Shown here piece after piece: positions 19,265-29,080 of a stretch of 64,000 nucleotides of DNA. The notes under the pieces were generated by a model, which saw nothing but the letters and a program-made list of their open reading frames with translations, was not told the origin of the DNA and did not search any database. The DNA lies in contig WAKA01000193.1 of the NCBI GenBank assembly GCA_015523565.1, forward strand, positions 1,153-65,152, read 5' to 3'. The position numbers were made by a program, and so were the translations under genes. Every line of letters begins with the position of its first letter. Position 1 is the first letter of the stretch. This DNA is from Candidatus Heimdallarchaeota archaeon. GTDB taxonomy: Archaea > Asgardarchaeota > Heimdallarchaeia > Heimdallarchaeales > Kariarchaeaceae.

Positions 19265-20362
19265 GTGCAAAGCTACAAAGAATATCTGAGCAAATTGGAA
19301 ACAAGGGGCAGATCAGTCATTTCAAAGATCAAGGCACATTGTGAAAGATTGGATCAACAGGTCAACATCATGCATGTTTGTGGTACCCATGAGGCCACTG
19401 TTTCACGTGCGGGCATCCGTTCCTTGCTTCCAGATAATCTACGGATTATTTCAGGACCTGGATGCCCTGTGTGTGTTTGCCCTGCCGAACACATAACATT
19501 GGCAAAGGAATTGGCAAAACAGGGACACATAATCGCCACATTCGGAGACATGTTCAAAGTGCCAGATACAAGCTTGAAATCGCTTGCACATTTGAAAGCA
19601 GAGGGACATGACATAAGAACAGTTTATTCAGTCATGGATGCGGTCAATATAGCTCGCAACAATCCTGATAAAAAAGTAATCTGGCTAGGGGTGGGATTTG
19701 AAACTACAGCACCAATGACAGCATATGAGATCCTTAAGCAACCACCAACCAATTTTTATGTACTCTCTGATTTCAGGCTGGTCCCGCCTGCCCTGCATCT
19801 GCTTTTGGGAGACCCAGAACATGAGTTGGCAGGAATTATTCTACCAGGACACGTAACAACAGTGATGGGGTTGGAGGAGTATGAGGAATTCCCAAATAAG
19901 TATAAAATACCCATGGCGGTCGCAGGATTTGAACCTGTTGAATTTCTTTATGGGCTTGAAACACTTCTGCGAATGATCATTGAGAAAGACTATTCTGTGA
20001 AAAACTCCTATTCAAAAGTGGTTCGGTATGAAGGAAATAAGAAGGCGAAAGAAGTCATGAGAAAAGTGTTCAAGGTTGTTGATGCAAAATGGAGAGGAAT
20101 AGGGATGATTGAAAAATCAGGATATGAATTGCGTGAAGAATTCAAAAGTTATAATGCCAGATCATTGATTACCTTTGATATCAACCTGGAATATGATTTG
20201 CCAAAAGGATGCAAATGTGGAGGGGTCATCTTGGGAAAAGTTGAGCCTGAGAGGTGTCCCCATTTTTTGAGGAGATGCACACCAGAAACAGCAATTGGTC
20301 CATGCATGGTCTCAGATGAAGGAACGTGCAGGATAAGAGCCACGTTCAGGATGGTGAAATGA
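19265..20362 (+). CDS. hypD: hydrogenase maturation protein HypD
   Basis: CGTHE, GPGCPVCV, GFETTAP and PGHV motifs, plus C-terminal Cys-rich CKCGGV...C. Confidence 0.9.
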   Translation: MQSYKEYLSKLETRGRSVISKIKAHCERLDQQVNIMHVCGTHEATVSRAGIRSLLPDNLRIISGPGCPVCVCPAEHITLAKELAKQGHIIATFGDMFKVPDTSLKSLAHLKAEGHDIRTVYSVMDAVNIARNNPDKKVIWLGVGFETTAPMTAYEILKQPPTNFYVLSDFRLVPPALHLLLGDPEHELAGIILPGHVTTVMGLEEYEEFPNKYKIPMAVAGFEPVEFLYGLETLLRMIIEKDYSVKNSYSKVVRYEGNKKAKEVMRKVFKVVDAKWRGIGMIEKSGYELREEFKSYNARSLITFDINLEYDLPKGCKCGGVILGKVEPERCPHFLRRCTPETAIGPCMVSDEGTCRIRATFRMVK

Positions 20363-20688
20363 TGCACGAACTGCATAGGGCCGAAAAATTGAAGCAGGAT
20401 TTGGAGAAACGGGGAATTGAGAAGAAGGTTGAGGTGCATTTGTCCCATATTGAAAAAACCTTGATAACATTGGAAGAAGTAAGTGAATGCTTTGCCCTTG
20501 TCACGAAAGGAACAAAACTGGAAGGGTCTAAATTGATTTTTGAGGCAATTCCGACATTGCTGGTCTGTGAAAGATGCAAGACAACCTATAATGAGCCAAT
20601 AATGGAATGCAGGAATTGTGGATCATATGAACTACATTTGAATGAAGAAGATGAGTTGATAATACAGGAAATAAGGGAATTAAGCTGA
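20362..20688 (+). CDS. hypA: hydrogenase nickel incorporation protein HypA
   Basis: Starts MHEL, the canonical HypA N-terminus. Zn motif CERCK...CRNCG. The start overlaps or abuts the hypD stop; the alternative ATG at 20359 is equally possible. Confidence 0.85.
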   Translation: MHELHRAEKLKQDLEKRGIEKKVEVHLSHIEKTLITLEEVSECFALVTKGTKLEGSKLIFEAIPTLLVCERCKTTYNEPIMECRNCGSYELHLNEEDELIIQEIRELS

Positions 20689-21717
20689 TCAGCAAACGCG
20701 AGGAATGGGTTCCCCATATGGCTTGTCCAGTATGCGTGTTCCGCCAATAGAGGTTTTGACATGGACTTCCCCTTTTCCTTTCACAACTGAGCCGATCAGC
20801 GCGGCGTTCTTTCCAAGTTCTGTGTTTGTCAGCAATTTAAGTATATCATCAGTGGCATTTTTGTCACAGACTATGACAACCTTTCCTTCACTGGATATCT
20901 CCAACGGTTCCAATCCAAGAATGTCACAGATTGCTTTAGTCCTTTCATCTATGGGGACATGGTTTTCATAAATCTGCAGGGTACAGGATGATTTGGATGC
21001 AATGTCATTCAATGCAGAAGCAAGACCCCCCCTCGTTATATCCTTCATGCATTTGACACCAGGATGTGTAATCACATTTTGGAAATGGGGCCAGACAGGG
21101 CTGACATCAGATTGAAGCGATGTGTCAAGGTCAATACCTTCCCTCAATGCCATTAGAGCCGCACCATGATCACCTATGGTTCCAGAAACTATAACATTGT
21201 CCCCAATCTCTGCGCGGCTGTCTTTGAGAGGAGTATCAACAAGAAGTGCACCAATACCGGCAGTTGTCAGGACAATCTCGTTGACGGCTCCTTTGGGCAT
21301 TACTTTTGTATCTCCTGCAATAATACGGACACCTGTTTCTCTCGCACGTTTTCCAATAGTTTCGCATATTGTTTTTAATGCATCCATCCTAAATCCTTCT
21401 TCAATAATCATTCCAAGGGTCAGAAAGAGGGGCTTTGCCCCCATTACTGTGAGATCATTGACAGTTCCTGCAATAGCAAGATCACCTATGTTCCCTCCTG
21501 GAAAAAAGACGGGATTGACGGTATGCCCATCGGTGGTAACAACAATTTTTTCACTAGGAAATACAAGAACAGCAGAATCATCCATGTCCTTTGGTCCGAC
21601 AATGTCGTGGTCTGAATTTTCAATGCCTATTGTCCTACCAATGAAGGAAACAAGCAGATCCATTCTTTTCCCTCCACCACCCATGCTTAAGTCAACCATT
21701 TCAGGAAGACGATCCAT
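20689..21717 (-). CDS. hypE: hydrogenase maturation protein HypE
   Basis: AIR-synthase-like fold, MGGGG near the N-terminus, C-terminal ...PIPRVC (the HypE PR[IV]C end). The start is uncertain: the ORF is open to a TTG at 21843, with ATGs at 21798 and 21717. I chose the one giving about 342 aa. Confidence 0.85.
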   Translation of the reverse strand: MDRLPEMVDLSMGGGGKRMDLLVSFIGRTIGIENSDHDIVGPKDMDDSAVLVFPSEKIVVTTDGHTVNPVFFPGGNIGDLAIAGTVNDLTVMGAKPLFLTLGMIIEEGFRMDALKTICETIGKRARETGVRIIAGDTKVMPKGAVNEIVLTTAGIGALLVDTPLKDSRAEIGDNVIVSGTIGDHGAALMALREGIDLDTSLQSDVSPVWPHFQNVITHPGVKCMKDITRGGLASALNDIASKSSCTLQIYENHVPIDERTKAICDILGLEPLEISSEGKVVIVCDKNATDDILKLLTNTELGKNAALIGSVVKGKGEVHVKTSIGGTRILDKPYGEPIPRVC

Positions 21718-21992
21718 AAGAGAAATATGTTTTTTGATTATTTTAGTCAGTGGTTTCCTTTTCAAATTCAATCCAAATGCTTGTTCCGTAAGTGCCATTC
21801 GTTCATGGGATAGAAATCGTCTCACCAATCCTTCAGAATTCAATGAAGTTCAGTGGTTGAATTAGTTTGAACTAGACGACGGGGTTACTAAAGCACATTT
21901 GCAAAGTTCATTTGGGTTCTCATTCATACGCCATAATTCCCTTCCAATAACCCATAGGTTCTTAAATATCAAAAGGCAAAATATGGTAACGA

Positions 21993-22571
21993 ATGGCGGA
22001 AGTTGTAGAAAGGGTCTCCGAACTTGAGAGGATGATGAAGGATCTCGTTTACATCCAAAGACAGACAGAGATGAAGCTTGCTTCCTTTATCGATGAAATG
22101 AAAGAATTTAAAGACTTCACCGAGAAAAACATCACCTCCCTGAACAAAAAATGGGGTGATCTTGCAAATCGATTGGGAACCATTGCAGAAGATCTGGTTT
22201 TACCATGCTTTCCAGAGACCGTTGAGAAATACCTCGGTATGAAAGATCCAGAAACTATCCATTCGAACACCATTGTTAGAAGGAACGGAAAGGTGAAGGA
22301 ATTTGACATCATTATCATCTATTCGGACGCTGTCATTCTTAATGAGGTAAAAGCCACTGCGACGGAAAAGTCCATAGAAACGTTCGTTAACTTTGTTCAG
22401 GAAGGGATCTTCTTTGAGTATTTTCCGTTTCTGAAAGGGAAAAGCTTTCTGCCTTTCCTGTCGGCCATGAAATTCACGGAGGAGGCATTGGACATCTTGA
22501 CCCAAAATGGCATCTATGCCGTCACGCCCTACCCCAACATGAAAATCCTTAACATTTCAGAATTGCAATGA
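21993..22571 (+). CDS. hypothetical protein, coiled-coil N-terminus plus PD-(D/E)XK-like nuclease fold
   Basis: 192 aa. EFDIIIIYSDAVILNEVK fits a D...E.K restriction-endonuclease-like core. A TATA-like TTCTTAAATATC lies about 30 nt upstream. Confidence 0.45.
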   Translation: MAEVVERVSELERMMKDLVYIQRQTEMKLASFIDEMKEFKDFTEKNITSLNKKWGDLANRLGTIAEDLVLPCFPETVEKYLGMKDPETIHSNTIVRRNGKVKEFDIIIIYSDAVILNEVKATATEKSIETFVNFVQEGIFFEYFPFLKGKSFLPFLSAMKFTEEALDILTQNGIYAVTPYPNMKILNISELQ

Positions 22572-22676
22572 CGGCAATACTTTTGTTCAACTTTATCCCG
22601 TGTACAAATGGTTATTCCTAACGTTTATCAAATAAAATTTTTCAGGTTTTTTTATCGGAAGCGGCATTTTCAAATT

Positions 22677-24983
22677 TTACCTTAATTTCCGTTCTACAAG
22701 TGCCACTTGCCCATAACTTATGCCGCCGTCACCAGGAGGAATGGTTTTGTGAGCAAGAAAATGATAGCCGTTGGCCTTCACAATTTGCTTTAGAAGAGTA
22801 TGTATACGATAATTATATGCGACACCTCCAGTAAATCCAATGGTTTTTATGCCATGAGTTTCTGCGGCTTCAATGGCAAGCTCAGCCATTGTACTTGCAA
22901 TGGCATCATGGACAAATCTTGCACTTTCCGTTTTTGATGAATAATTGACTAGCATGTCATGAAGGATTTTGGGTGTATCGATGCAGTTTCCCTTTATGTA
23001 GGAAGGAGTCTGCTGAAGTCCATTACGACCTGCCAAAGCCTCCAGCCTAATTGCAGGCTCTCCTCGATAGGTTCTTTTGTCAACACCTGCCAGATAGAAT
23101 GCGGCAGCATCCAACAACCGAGCAATAGAGGTTGTAACTGGCGAGCCAGTGAATTTTCTGCGCAAGAAATGGTATTCTGTCTCCCCATGGGGAAAGGCAG
23201 AATAGTCAAGAATGTAATCATCAGGATTTAGCCCAGTTTGTAACAGAATGCTAAGGAACATTCTCGCGGGGTGTTTTGCGTTCATGTCACCACCGAAATA
23301 AGGGATTGGGAGTCCTGATGCGATTCTTCTGGGGCTTTCACTGCTCAAGAGAAAAAGTTCGGTACCCCAGGCATTGCCGTCATGTCCATACCCAAACCCA
23401 TCAACAGTCCAAATGATTGCGTCAGTATCAAACGGGAGACCATGGTCTACAAGAAGGGAATATGCATGTGCCTCATGATGCTGTATTTCATGTATTGTTG
23501 CATCAGGAAAATTGGACAATAGTTTTCGGTTAAGGAATTCGGGATGCAGATCGACCGCGACATGGTCAGGATTGATTGAATAAAGGTTCATCAGATGGTT
23601 TACAGCATCCTCCAGAAAGTTTAAGGTTTCAATGTTATTCAGATTTCCGATATGTTGTGTCGCGACAATCCAGTTCTTGGTGGATATGGATGCAGTCACA
23701 ACCTCATTTGCACCGAGTCCGAGGACACCACCCCGTAATTCTTTGTGGAAATGAGGTTGGGGGACATACCCTCTTGCTCTGCGGATAATAAGTGCTTCAA
23801 CACCAAGTGGTTTAACCACGGAGTCATCAACCCGCTGTTCGATTGGAAGGTTATGCAACAGGTAATAATCCACATTATAATAATGTGCATTATAATAGTT
23901 CATGTTCTGAAAATACAGATCATAATATTCAGAATTGTAATATTCTGGATCAAGCACAGGAAAAAATGGCTTGATTGGCATAGGGATGCCAGGCTTGTTT
24001 GCCGAAGTCAGGACAACCAAATCAGCCAGTCCTTTCTTGAATAGTAAATGTTGGGCAGAGGTATACGGCAGGACAAATCCAACAGTATCTAACCCAGGAG
24101 CGATCAAATCAATGGGCAAACTTTCCTTTTTTGCTGGAAGTACAACAATGGGTTTTCTTGGAGACAAAAGGAGCTTTAATTCATCCACGCTTGTAATTTT
24201 CGCATAATCTTCAAGAACGGAAGCAGAACGAGCCATAACAGCAAAAGGTTTCCTGCTTTCATGTCGTTTTATTTTTCTTAGACGTTTCAGAGCCGTTTCA
24301 TTGGTAGCATTGCAGATGAAATGAGAACCACTTTGACCTTGCATGAACAAGATGCTTCCCTTATTGATTTGTGACGCAAGGTCTTGCCAATCCAATGGCA
24401 TTGGTTGACCCTTATCTCCAAAAAGGGAATATGAAGGACCACATTTCCTGCAACAGATTGTTTGGGCGTGAAATCGACGATTGTTCATATCTCGATATTC
24501 CTTGAAACATTCGTTGCACAATGGAAATTTTTCGAATGAGGTACGGTCACGATCATAGGGCAATGAACGAATAACTGAATATCTTGGTCCACAGTTGGTG
24601 CAAGAGATGAATTCATAATCAGTTCTTCTACCTTTGTAAAGGTCTTCAATGCATTGGTCGCAAATTGATATGTCTGGAGGCAATGGTGCGAATGATGATT
24701 GCAGGCTTATATCACTGGGAAGAATTTGAAAGCCGTCAGGAACAGTTCCATCATAATAATCTGAAGACATTTCATAGATTGCTGAAAGTTCGGGAAGTTC
24801 CTTAAGCATCCGATGGATGAATTCTTTTTCAACATGGTCTTCAATTACAATTTCAACATCTCCATTTCCCAGATTGCGGACAAAACCTTTTGTATCTAAA
24901 TCAGAGGCGATTCTTCTAATAAAAGGGCGAAAGCCTACGCTTTGAACAATACCCCTTACCAAGATGCGACGGAACACAACCAT
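22677..24983 (-). CDS. hypF: carbamoyltransferase HypF
   Basis: N-terminal acylphosphatase domain, two Zn fingers (CDQC...CTNCGPRYS and CNEC...CRKCGPSYS), a YrdC-like domain and a Kae1-like C-terminal domain; 768 aa. Confidence 0.9.
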   Translation of the reverse strand: MVVFRRILVRGIVQSVGFRPFIRRIASDLDTKGFVRNLGNGDVEIVIEDHVEKEFIHRMLKELPELSAIYEMSSDYYDGTVPDGFQILPSDISLQSSFAPLPPDISICDQCIEDLYKGRRTDYEFISCTNCGPRYSVIRSLPYDRDRTSFEKFPLCNECFKEYRDMNNRRFHAQTICCRKCGPSYSLFGDKGQPMPLDWQDLASQINKGSILFMQGQSGSHFICNATNETALKRLRKIKRHESRKPFAVMARSASVLEDYAKITSVDELKLLLSPRKPIVVLPAKKESLPIDLIAPGLDTVGFVLPYTSAQHLLFKKGLADLVVLTSANKPGIPMPIKPFFPVLDPEYYNSEYYDLYFQNMNYYNAHYYNVDYYLLHNLPIEQRVDDSVVKPLGVEALIIRRARGYVPQPHFHKELRGGVLGLGANEVVTASISTKNWIVATQHIGNLNNIETLNFLEDAVNHLMNLYSINPDHVAVDLHPEFLNRKLLSNFPDATIHEIQHHEAHAYSLLVDHGLPFDTDAIIWTVDGFGYGHDGNAWGTELFLLSSESPRRIASGLPIPYFGGDMNAKHPARMFLSILLQTGLNPDDYILDYSAFPHGETEYHFLRRKFTGSPVTTSIARLLDAAAFYLAGVDKRTYRGEPAIRLEALAGRNGLQQTPSYIKGNCIDTPKILHDMLVNYSSKTESARFVHDAIASTMAELAIEAAETHGIKTIGFTGGVAYNYRIHTLLKQIVKANGYHFLAHKTIPPGDGGISYGQVALVERKLR

Positions 24984-25172
24984 TATGTAATTTACCCATA
25001 TAATAATCTAAAATTCAGAAAATGAAAAAATTGACAAAAACAAAGAATGAATGCAAAAATATTGAGGTTTAAAGGGAAAAAAACGGGAGTCAATTCAAAA
25101 AGTTGGTGTTTTGTAGCATTGTCCATAAAATGATTGTTGCAAGTATTTTATGCTAGATATAGCCAATAACCT

Positions 25173-26555
25173 ATGATCGATGTAATTGATATTTTTTCAA
25201 GACTTTCCAATAGGTTTGGGGACATGGTTCTTTTGGAGTCCATGGATGCCCCCACCAAATTTGCGAAGCAATCCATCATTTGTTTCAAACCAAGGGTAAA
25301 ATATCGGATCGGTGAATTTTTTGAAAGAAACGAAGAATGTTTTCCGAGGGATCTGGATGTGATTTTGGGAATTTTTAGGAAAGATCTGCAGGAACTTGAA
25401 AAGAAGGAACTCAAGATAAAAGTCATTGATGGAGATGCAGATGTTGATCCAAAAAATAATTTTAATGGAGGGATTGTGGGGGCAACAGGATTTGATTTTA
25501 TTTCTTTAATTGAACCAACACTGGCATTGCCTGAAAAGGAGCTATTGGGAATTTATGCGTTGTATGAAGACGGTCTTGTCATTGATCACGTAAAAAAGAC
25601 ATTCTATTACTTTCATAGGGGTGTTAGCCGCCTCAAAGAAATTTTAGGGGTGTTGGGGCAGGGAGGCAATGGAGAGGGAAAAAACATGTCCATTGACAAG
25701 AGCATATTCATTGCAAAAGACATCCAAAGAAGTGACAGTTTCCACGACTTCATACAAAATGTGGAAACCATAAAGGGAAGGATTGTCCAAGGGGAATTCT
25801 TTCAGGCAGTATACTCCCAATCCTTAAGTTTTACGGGAGAAGGTAACCCATTTATGTTCTATGAGGAGTTGAGAAAGGTAAACCCAAGCCCATTCATGTT
25901 CTTCTTGGAATTGGATGAAGTGAAAGTCATCGGCTCCAGCCCTGAATTGTTGATATCAAAGACAGGAAAGCAATTGTCCACCTTTCCCATTGCAGGGACA
26001 AGAAAGGTTGCAGGGATTGAGAAAATTGATGAACGTTCGGCAATGGAGCTCTTGAATGATGAGAAAGAACTGGCTGAACATAACATGCTTGTAGACTTGG
26101 CAAGGAATGATATCGGAAAAGTTTCAAAAATTGGAAGCGTGACAGTCCCGTATTATTTGCAGATTGAAAAATTCAGCCATGTCATGCACATTGTGAGTGA
26201 AGTAAGGGGTGAGATAACAGGGGGATTGGATCAGTTCGATGCTTTTTGTGCCATGTTTCCTGCAGGCACAGTCAGCGGAGCACCGAAATTACGAGCCATT
26301 GAAACGATCCATGAATTGGAATCTACACCTAGGGAACTGTATGCGGGAAGTGTAGGATTCTTTGGTTGTGATGGAACCATGGAACAGGCAATCACGATAC
26401 GATCAATGTTTGGCAAGGGAGACCAATACAAGATTCAGGCAGGGGCAGGGATTGTATATGACAGTATTCCCGAAAAGGAATATGAGGAAACCCTGAACAA
26501 GCTTGGGGCAATGCTTCAAATGCTGAACATACAGGTCAAGGAGGTTCAGGCATGA
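25173..26555 (+). CDS. trpE: anthranilate synthase component I
   Basis: 460 aa with a chorismate-binding C-terminal domain (PAGTVSGAPKLRAIE, YAGSVGFF). Confidence 0.9.
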   Translation: MIDVIDIFSRLSNRFGDMVLLESMDAPTKFAKQSIICFKPRVKYRIGEFFERNEECFPRDLDVILGIFRKDLQELEKKELKIKVIDGDADVDPKNNFNGGIVGATGFDFISLIEPTLALPEKELLGIYALYEDGLVIDHVKKTFYYFHRGVSRLKEILGVLGQGGNGEGKNMSIDKSIFIAKDIQRSDSFHDFIQNVETIKGRIVQGEFFQAVYSQSLSFTGEGNPFMFYEELRKVNPSPFMFFLELDEVKVIGSSPELLISKTGKQLSTFPIAGTRKVAGIEKIDERSAMELLNDEKELAEHNMLVDLARNDIGKVSKIGSVTVPYYLQIEKFSHVMHIVSEVRGEITGGLDQFDAFCAMFPAGTVSGAPKLRAIETIHELESTPRELYAGSVGFFGCDGTMEQAITIRSMFGKGDQYKIQAGAGIVYDSIPEKEYEETLNKLGAMLQMLNIQVKEVQA

Positions 26556-27142
26556 CTGTGCTATTGGTGGACAATTATGATTCATTCACCTTCAATCTTT
26601 ATCAGCAAATATCAAAACTTTATGAAGGAGATGTGATAGTCAAGAGAAATGATGAGATCAGTGTGCAAGACATTCTGGAAGACCCACCAGATTTCATCTT
26701 TATTTCACCGGGACCAGGGAATCCAATGAATGCACGTGATTTTGGAGTCTGTTCAAAGATCATCAATGATTTTTCCGGAAAGATTCCCATTCTTGGGATA
26801 TGTTTGGGGCACCAAGGCATAGGGTATAATTTTGCATCCAAAATAAGAAATGCAAACAGGATTGTACATGGAAAAACATCAAGGATCATGCATAAAGGGA
26901 CAGGAATCTTTGAAGGGCTACCACAGGGATTCAAGGCGGCCCGTTACCACTCACTTGTCGTGGACAACATTGCAGAACCCCTGGAAGTGATTGCGACAAC
27001 AGAAGATGGCGAAATCATGGCAATTGCACACAAACAAGCACCAACCATAGGCATACAATTCCATCCCGAATCATTCATGACAGAGCATGGCGACCAATTG
27101 GTGAGAAACTTTTTGCGGATGGGGACACCAGATTTAAGGTGA
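26552..27142 (+). CDS. trpG: anthranilate synthase component II (glutamine amidotransferase)
   Basis: ILGICLGHQ nucleophile elbow, FHPES. ATGA overlap with trpE. Confidence 0.9.
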   Translation: MTVLLVDNYDSFTFNLYQQISKLYEGDVIVKRNDEISVQDILEDPPDFIFISPGPGNPMNARDFGVCSKIINDFSGKIPILGICLGHQGIGYNFASKIRNANRIVHGKTSRIMHKGTGIFEGLPQGFKAARYHSLVVDNIAEPLEVIATTEDGEIMAIAHKQAPTIGIQFHPESFMTEHGDQLVRNFLRMGTPDLR

Positions 27143-27224
27143 TGACCGCAAATCATTCCTTTTTTTCCTTTGGTTCTAAAAAAATTGGTGGCATGGTTTT
27201 GAATGTTATAATAAGTGTTGAATT

Positions 27225-28304
27225 GTGAAAACAGTATATGAGATAGAAACAGGGACATTGAGGAACTATACAAAGAAGCTACTTGAAGGTGGAAAATTGA
27301 GTTATGAAGAAGCCTTCAATAGTTTCATGAGAATGGGACAGGGATTGGAGGAACCAGAGGTAATTTCATCGTTTCTGACGGCATTTCGCATGAGAAGGGA
27401 AGAACCAGAGGAACTGGCAGGGTTTTCAGATGCGATGACCGAAATGTCAATGCGTATAACCCCAAGGGATTTGGACAATACTATAGACATTGTCGGGACA
27501 GGAGGGGCAAAATTCAAGTCATTCAATGTGAGTACGACCTCTTCATTCCTTCTTGCCACATTGGGGACGGACGTGGCAAAACATGGGAACAGGAGCAATT
27601 CCAGTCCATCTGGATCTGCCGATATGCTGGAGGCATTGGGCATTAATCTGGCAATGGGTGTGGAGCGAGCTCAACAATGTCTGGACAATACAGGGTATAC
27701 ATACTTGTTTGCACCGACACATCATCCTGCAATGAAGTATGTGGTACCTGTAAGAAAGAAACTTGGATTTCGGACAATATTCAATGTCATGGGACCGTTG
27801 TCCAACCCTGCTGGCGTGAAAAAGCAATTGACAGGGTTGTTTTCACAGTCATATCATTCCACAATCATTGAGTCTTTCAAAAGGAGGGGGTTTAAGCATG
27901 TCATTTTGGCAACCAGCAGCATTGGGGCGGATGAGGTAACCAATTGTGGCATTACATCCATAACAGAGCTGAGGGACAATGAAATACATAGATATAGCAT
28001 AAGACCGAGGAATTTTGGAATTGAGGAATGCAAGCCAAAAGAGATTGCAAATGTACCACCAGACGAATCAGCAAAAATAGCCGCCAGAATATTGGCAGGG
28101 CATATGACAAATGGATCACTTGTCGATTTTGTACTTGTGAACACCGCAATGGCACTCAAACTGAAATATTCAGAGGAAACATTCAGTCAACTTTTGGAAA
28201 TTGCAAGGGAAGGGCAACAATCCGGAAAGGCAATTGATCTTGTACGAAAGGTTGCTAAGCAGTCAGATGGACAGGCAGAGAAGATTGAGGAATTGGTTGG
28301 ATGA
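27225..28304 (+). CDS. trpD: anthranilate phosphoribosyltransferase
   Basis: GTG start, the first possible start after an in-frame stop. DIVGTGG..FNVST and HHPAMK motifs. Confidence 0.85.
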   Translation: MKTVYEIETGTLRNYTKKLLEGGKLSYEEAFNSFMRMGQGLEEPEVISSFLTAFRMRREEPEELAGFSDAMTEMSMRITPRDLDNTIDIVGTGGAKFKSFNVSTTSSFLLATLGTDVAKHGNRSNSSPSGSADMLEALGINLAMGVERAQQCLDNTGYTYLFAPTHHPAMKYVVPVRKKLGFRTIFNVMGPLSNPAGVKKQLTGLFSQSYHSTIIESFKRRGFKHVILATSSIGADEVTNCGITSITELRDNEIHRYSIRPRNFGIEECKPKEIANVPPDESAKIAARILAGHMTNGSLVDFVLVNTAMALKLKYSEETFSQLLEIAREGQQSGKAIDLVRKVAKQSDGQAEKIEELVG

Positions 28305-29080
28305 TGGAAGTTTCTGTTGAATGTAAACAAGATTGGGCAGACCTTTTCAAGGAAAATGCCAACCATCTTCTTAAAGGGGGATATTATGATTTCAGAAGTG
28401 ATGGAAAAGCACCAAGCCTTCAACAACACCTAGAAGATGGATTTTTGGTCATTGGAGAGTATAAGCCATCATCACCAACAGGAAATCGATATTTTCAGGA
28501 AATGGAAGGGTATAAAAGGTTAAAGGCAATGGCGGCGGAATTTCCTGCAATTTCTGTTCTAGTGGAGCCAAATTATTTTTGCGGAGACATTTTGGCATTG
28601 AGGGAAGTCATAGATATTGGGAAGCCAGTAATATTCAAGGATGTGATTTTTTATGAGGAGCAGATACTTGCCGCAAGAAACTGTTCTGCGGTTGTCCTTA
28701 TTTTTGAGTATTTGGGGCTGGAAAGGGTGCGGGAATTGGTGGAATATTGCCATAAGGAAGGGGTGGAGCCAATAGTTGAGGTTCATGAAGAAGAGAACTA
28801 TCGGATTGTTGCGAAGGAGGTTGATTGTAGGATTATTGCAATAAACAATCGGAACCTGAAGAAAATGCATGTCGATGTTGGGCATGGGATCAAGCTTGTG
28901 AAGAGGTTTAAGCCAAAGAACAAACATGTGCTTTCATTTTCAGGGTATTCAAGGCGTGAGGAAATACTTCGGGCAAAGGGAGCAGGATTTTCAGGAGTAT
29001 TGGTTGGCACTGCACTTTCCAAGGCAACAGATCCAATATCCCTTTACAGAAAAATGGCAGGTGGTTTGAATGCTCATTAA
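28301..29080 (+). CDS. trpC: indole-3-glycerol phosphate synthase
   Basis: VIGEYKPSSPTG resembles the E.K.ASPS.G motif. TIM-barrel size; ATGA overlap with trpD. Confidence 0.8.
   Translation: MMEVSVECKQDWADLFKENANHLLKGGYYDFRSDGKAPSLQQHLEDGFLVIGEYKPSSPTGNRYFQEMEGYKRLKAMAAEFPAISVLVEPNYFCGDILALREVIDIGKPVIFKDVIFYEEQILAARNCSAVVLIFEYLGLERVRELVEYCHKEGVEPIVEVHEEENYRIVAKEVDCRIIAINNRNLKKMHVDVGHGIKLVKRFKPKNKHVLSFSGYSRREEILRAKGAGFSGVLVGTALSKATDPISLYRKMAGGLNAH

Noticed and set aside
21176-21865. 229-aa plus-strand ORF and other long ORFs antisense to hypE, hypF, trp and nuo genes
   Set aside because: They lie antisense to strongly conserved, motif-bearing genes. Their translations are low complexity (S/P/I-rich) and carry no recognisable motifs.
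24984-25172. Possible leader, attenuator or riboswitch upstream of trpE
   Set aside because: I found no Trp-codon leader peptide, terminator/antiterminator stems or T-box-like features. The region is A-rich with a TATA-like element near the start.
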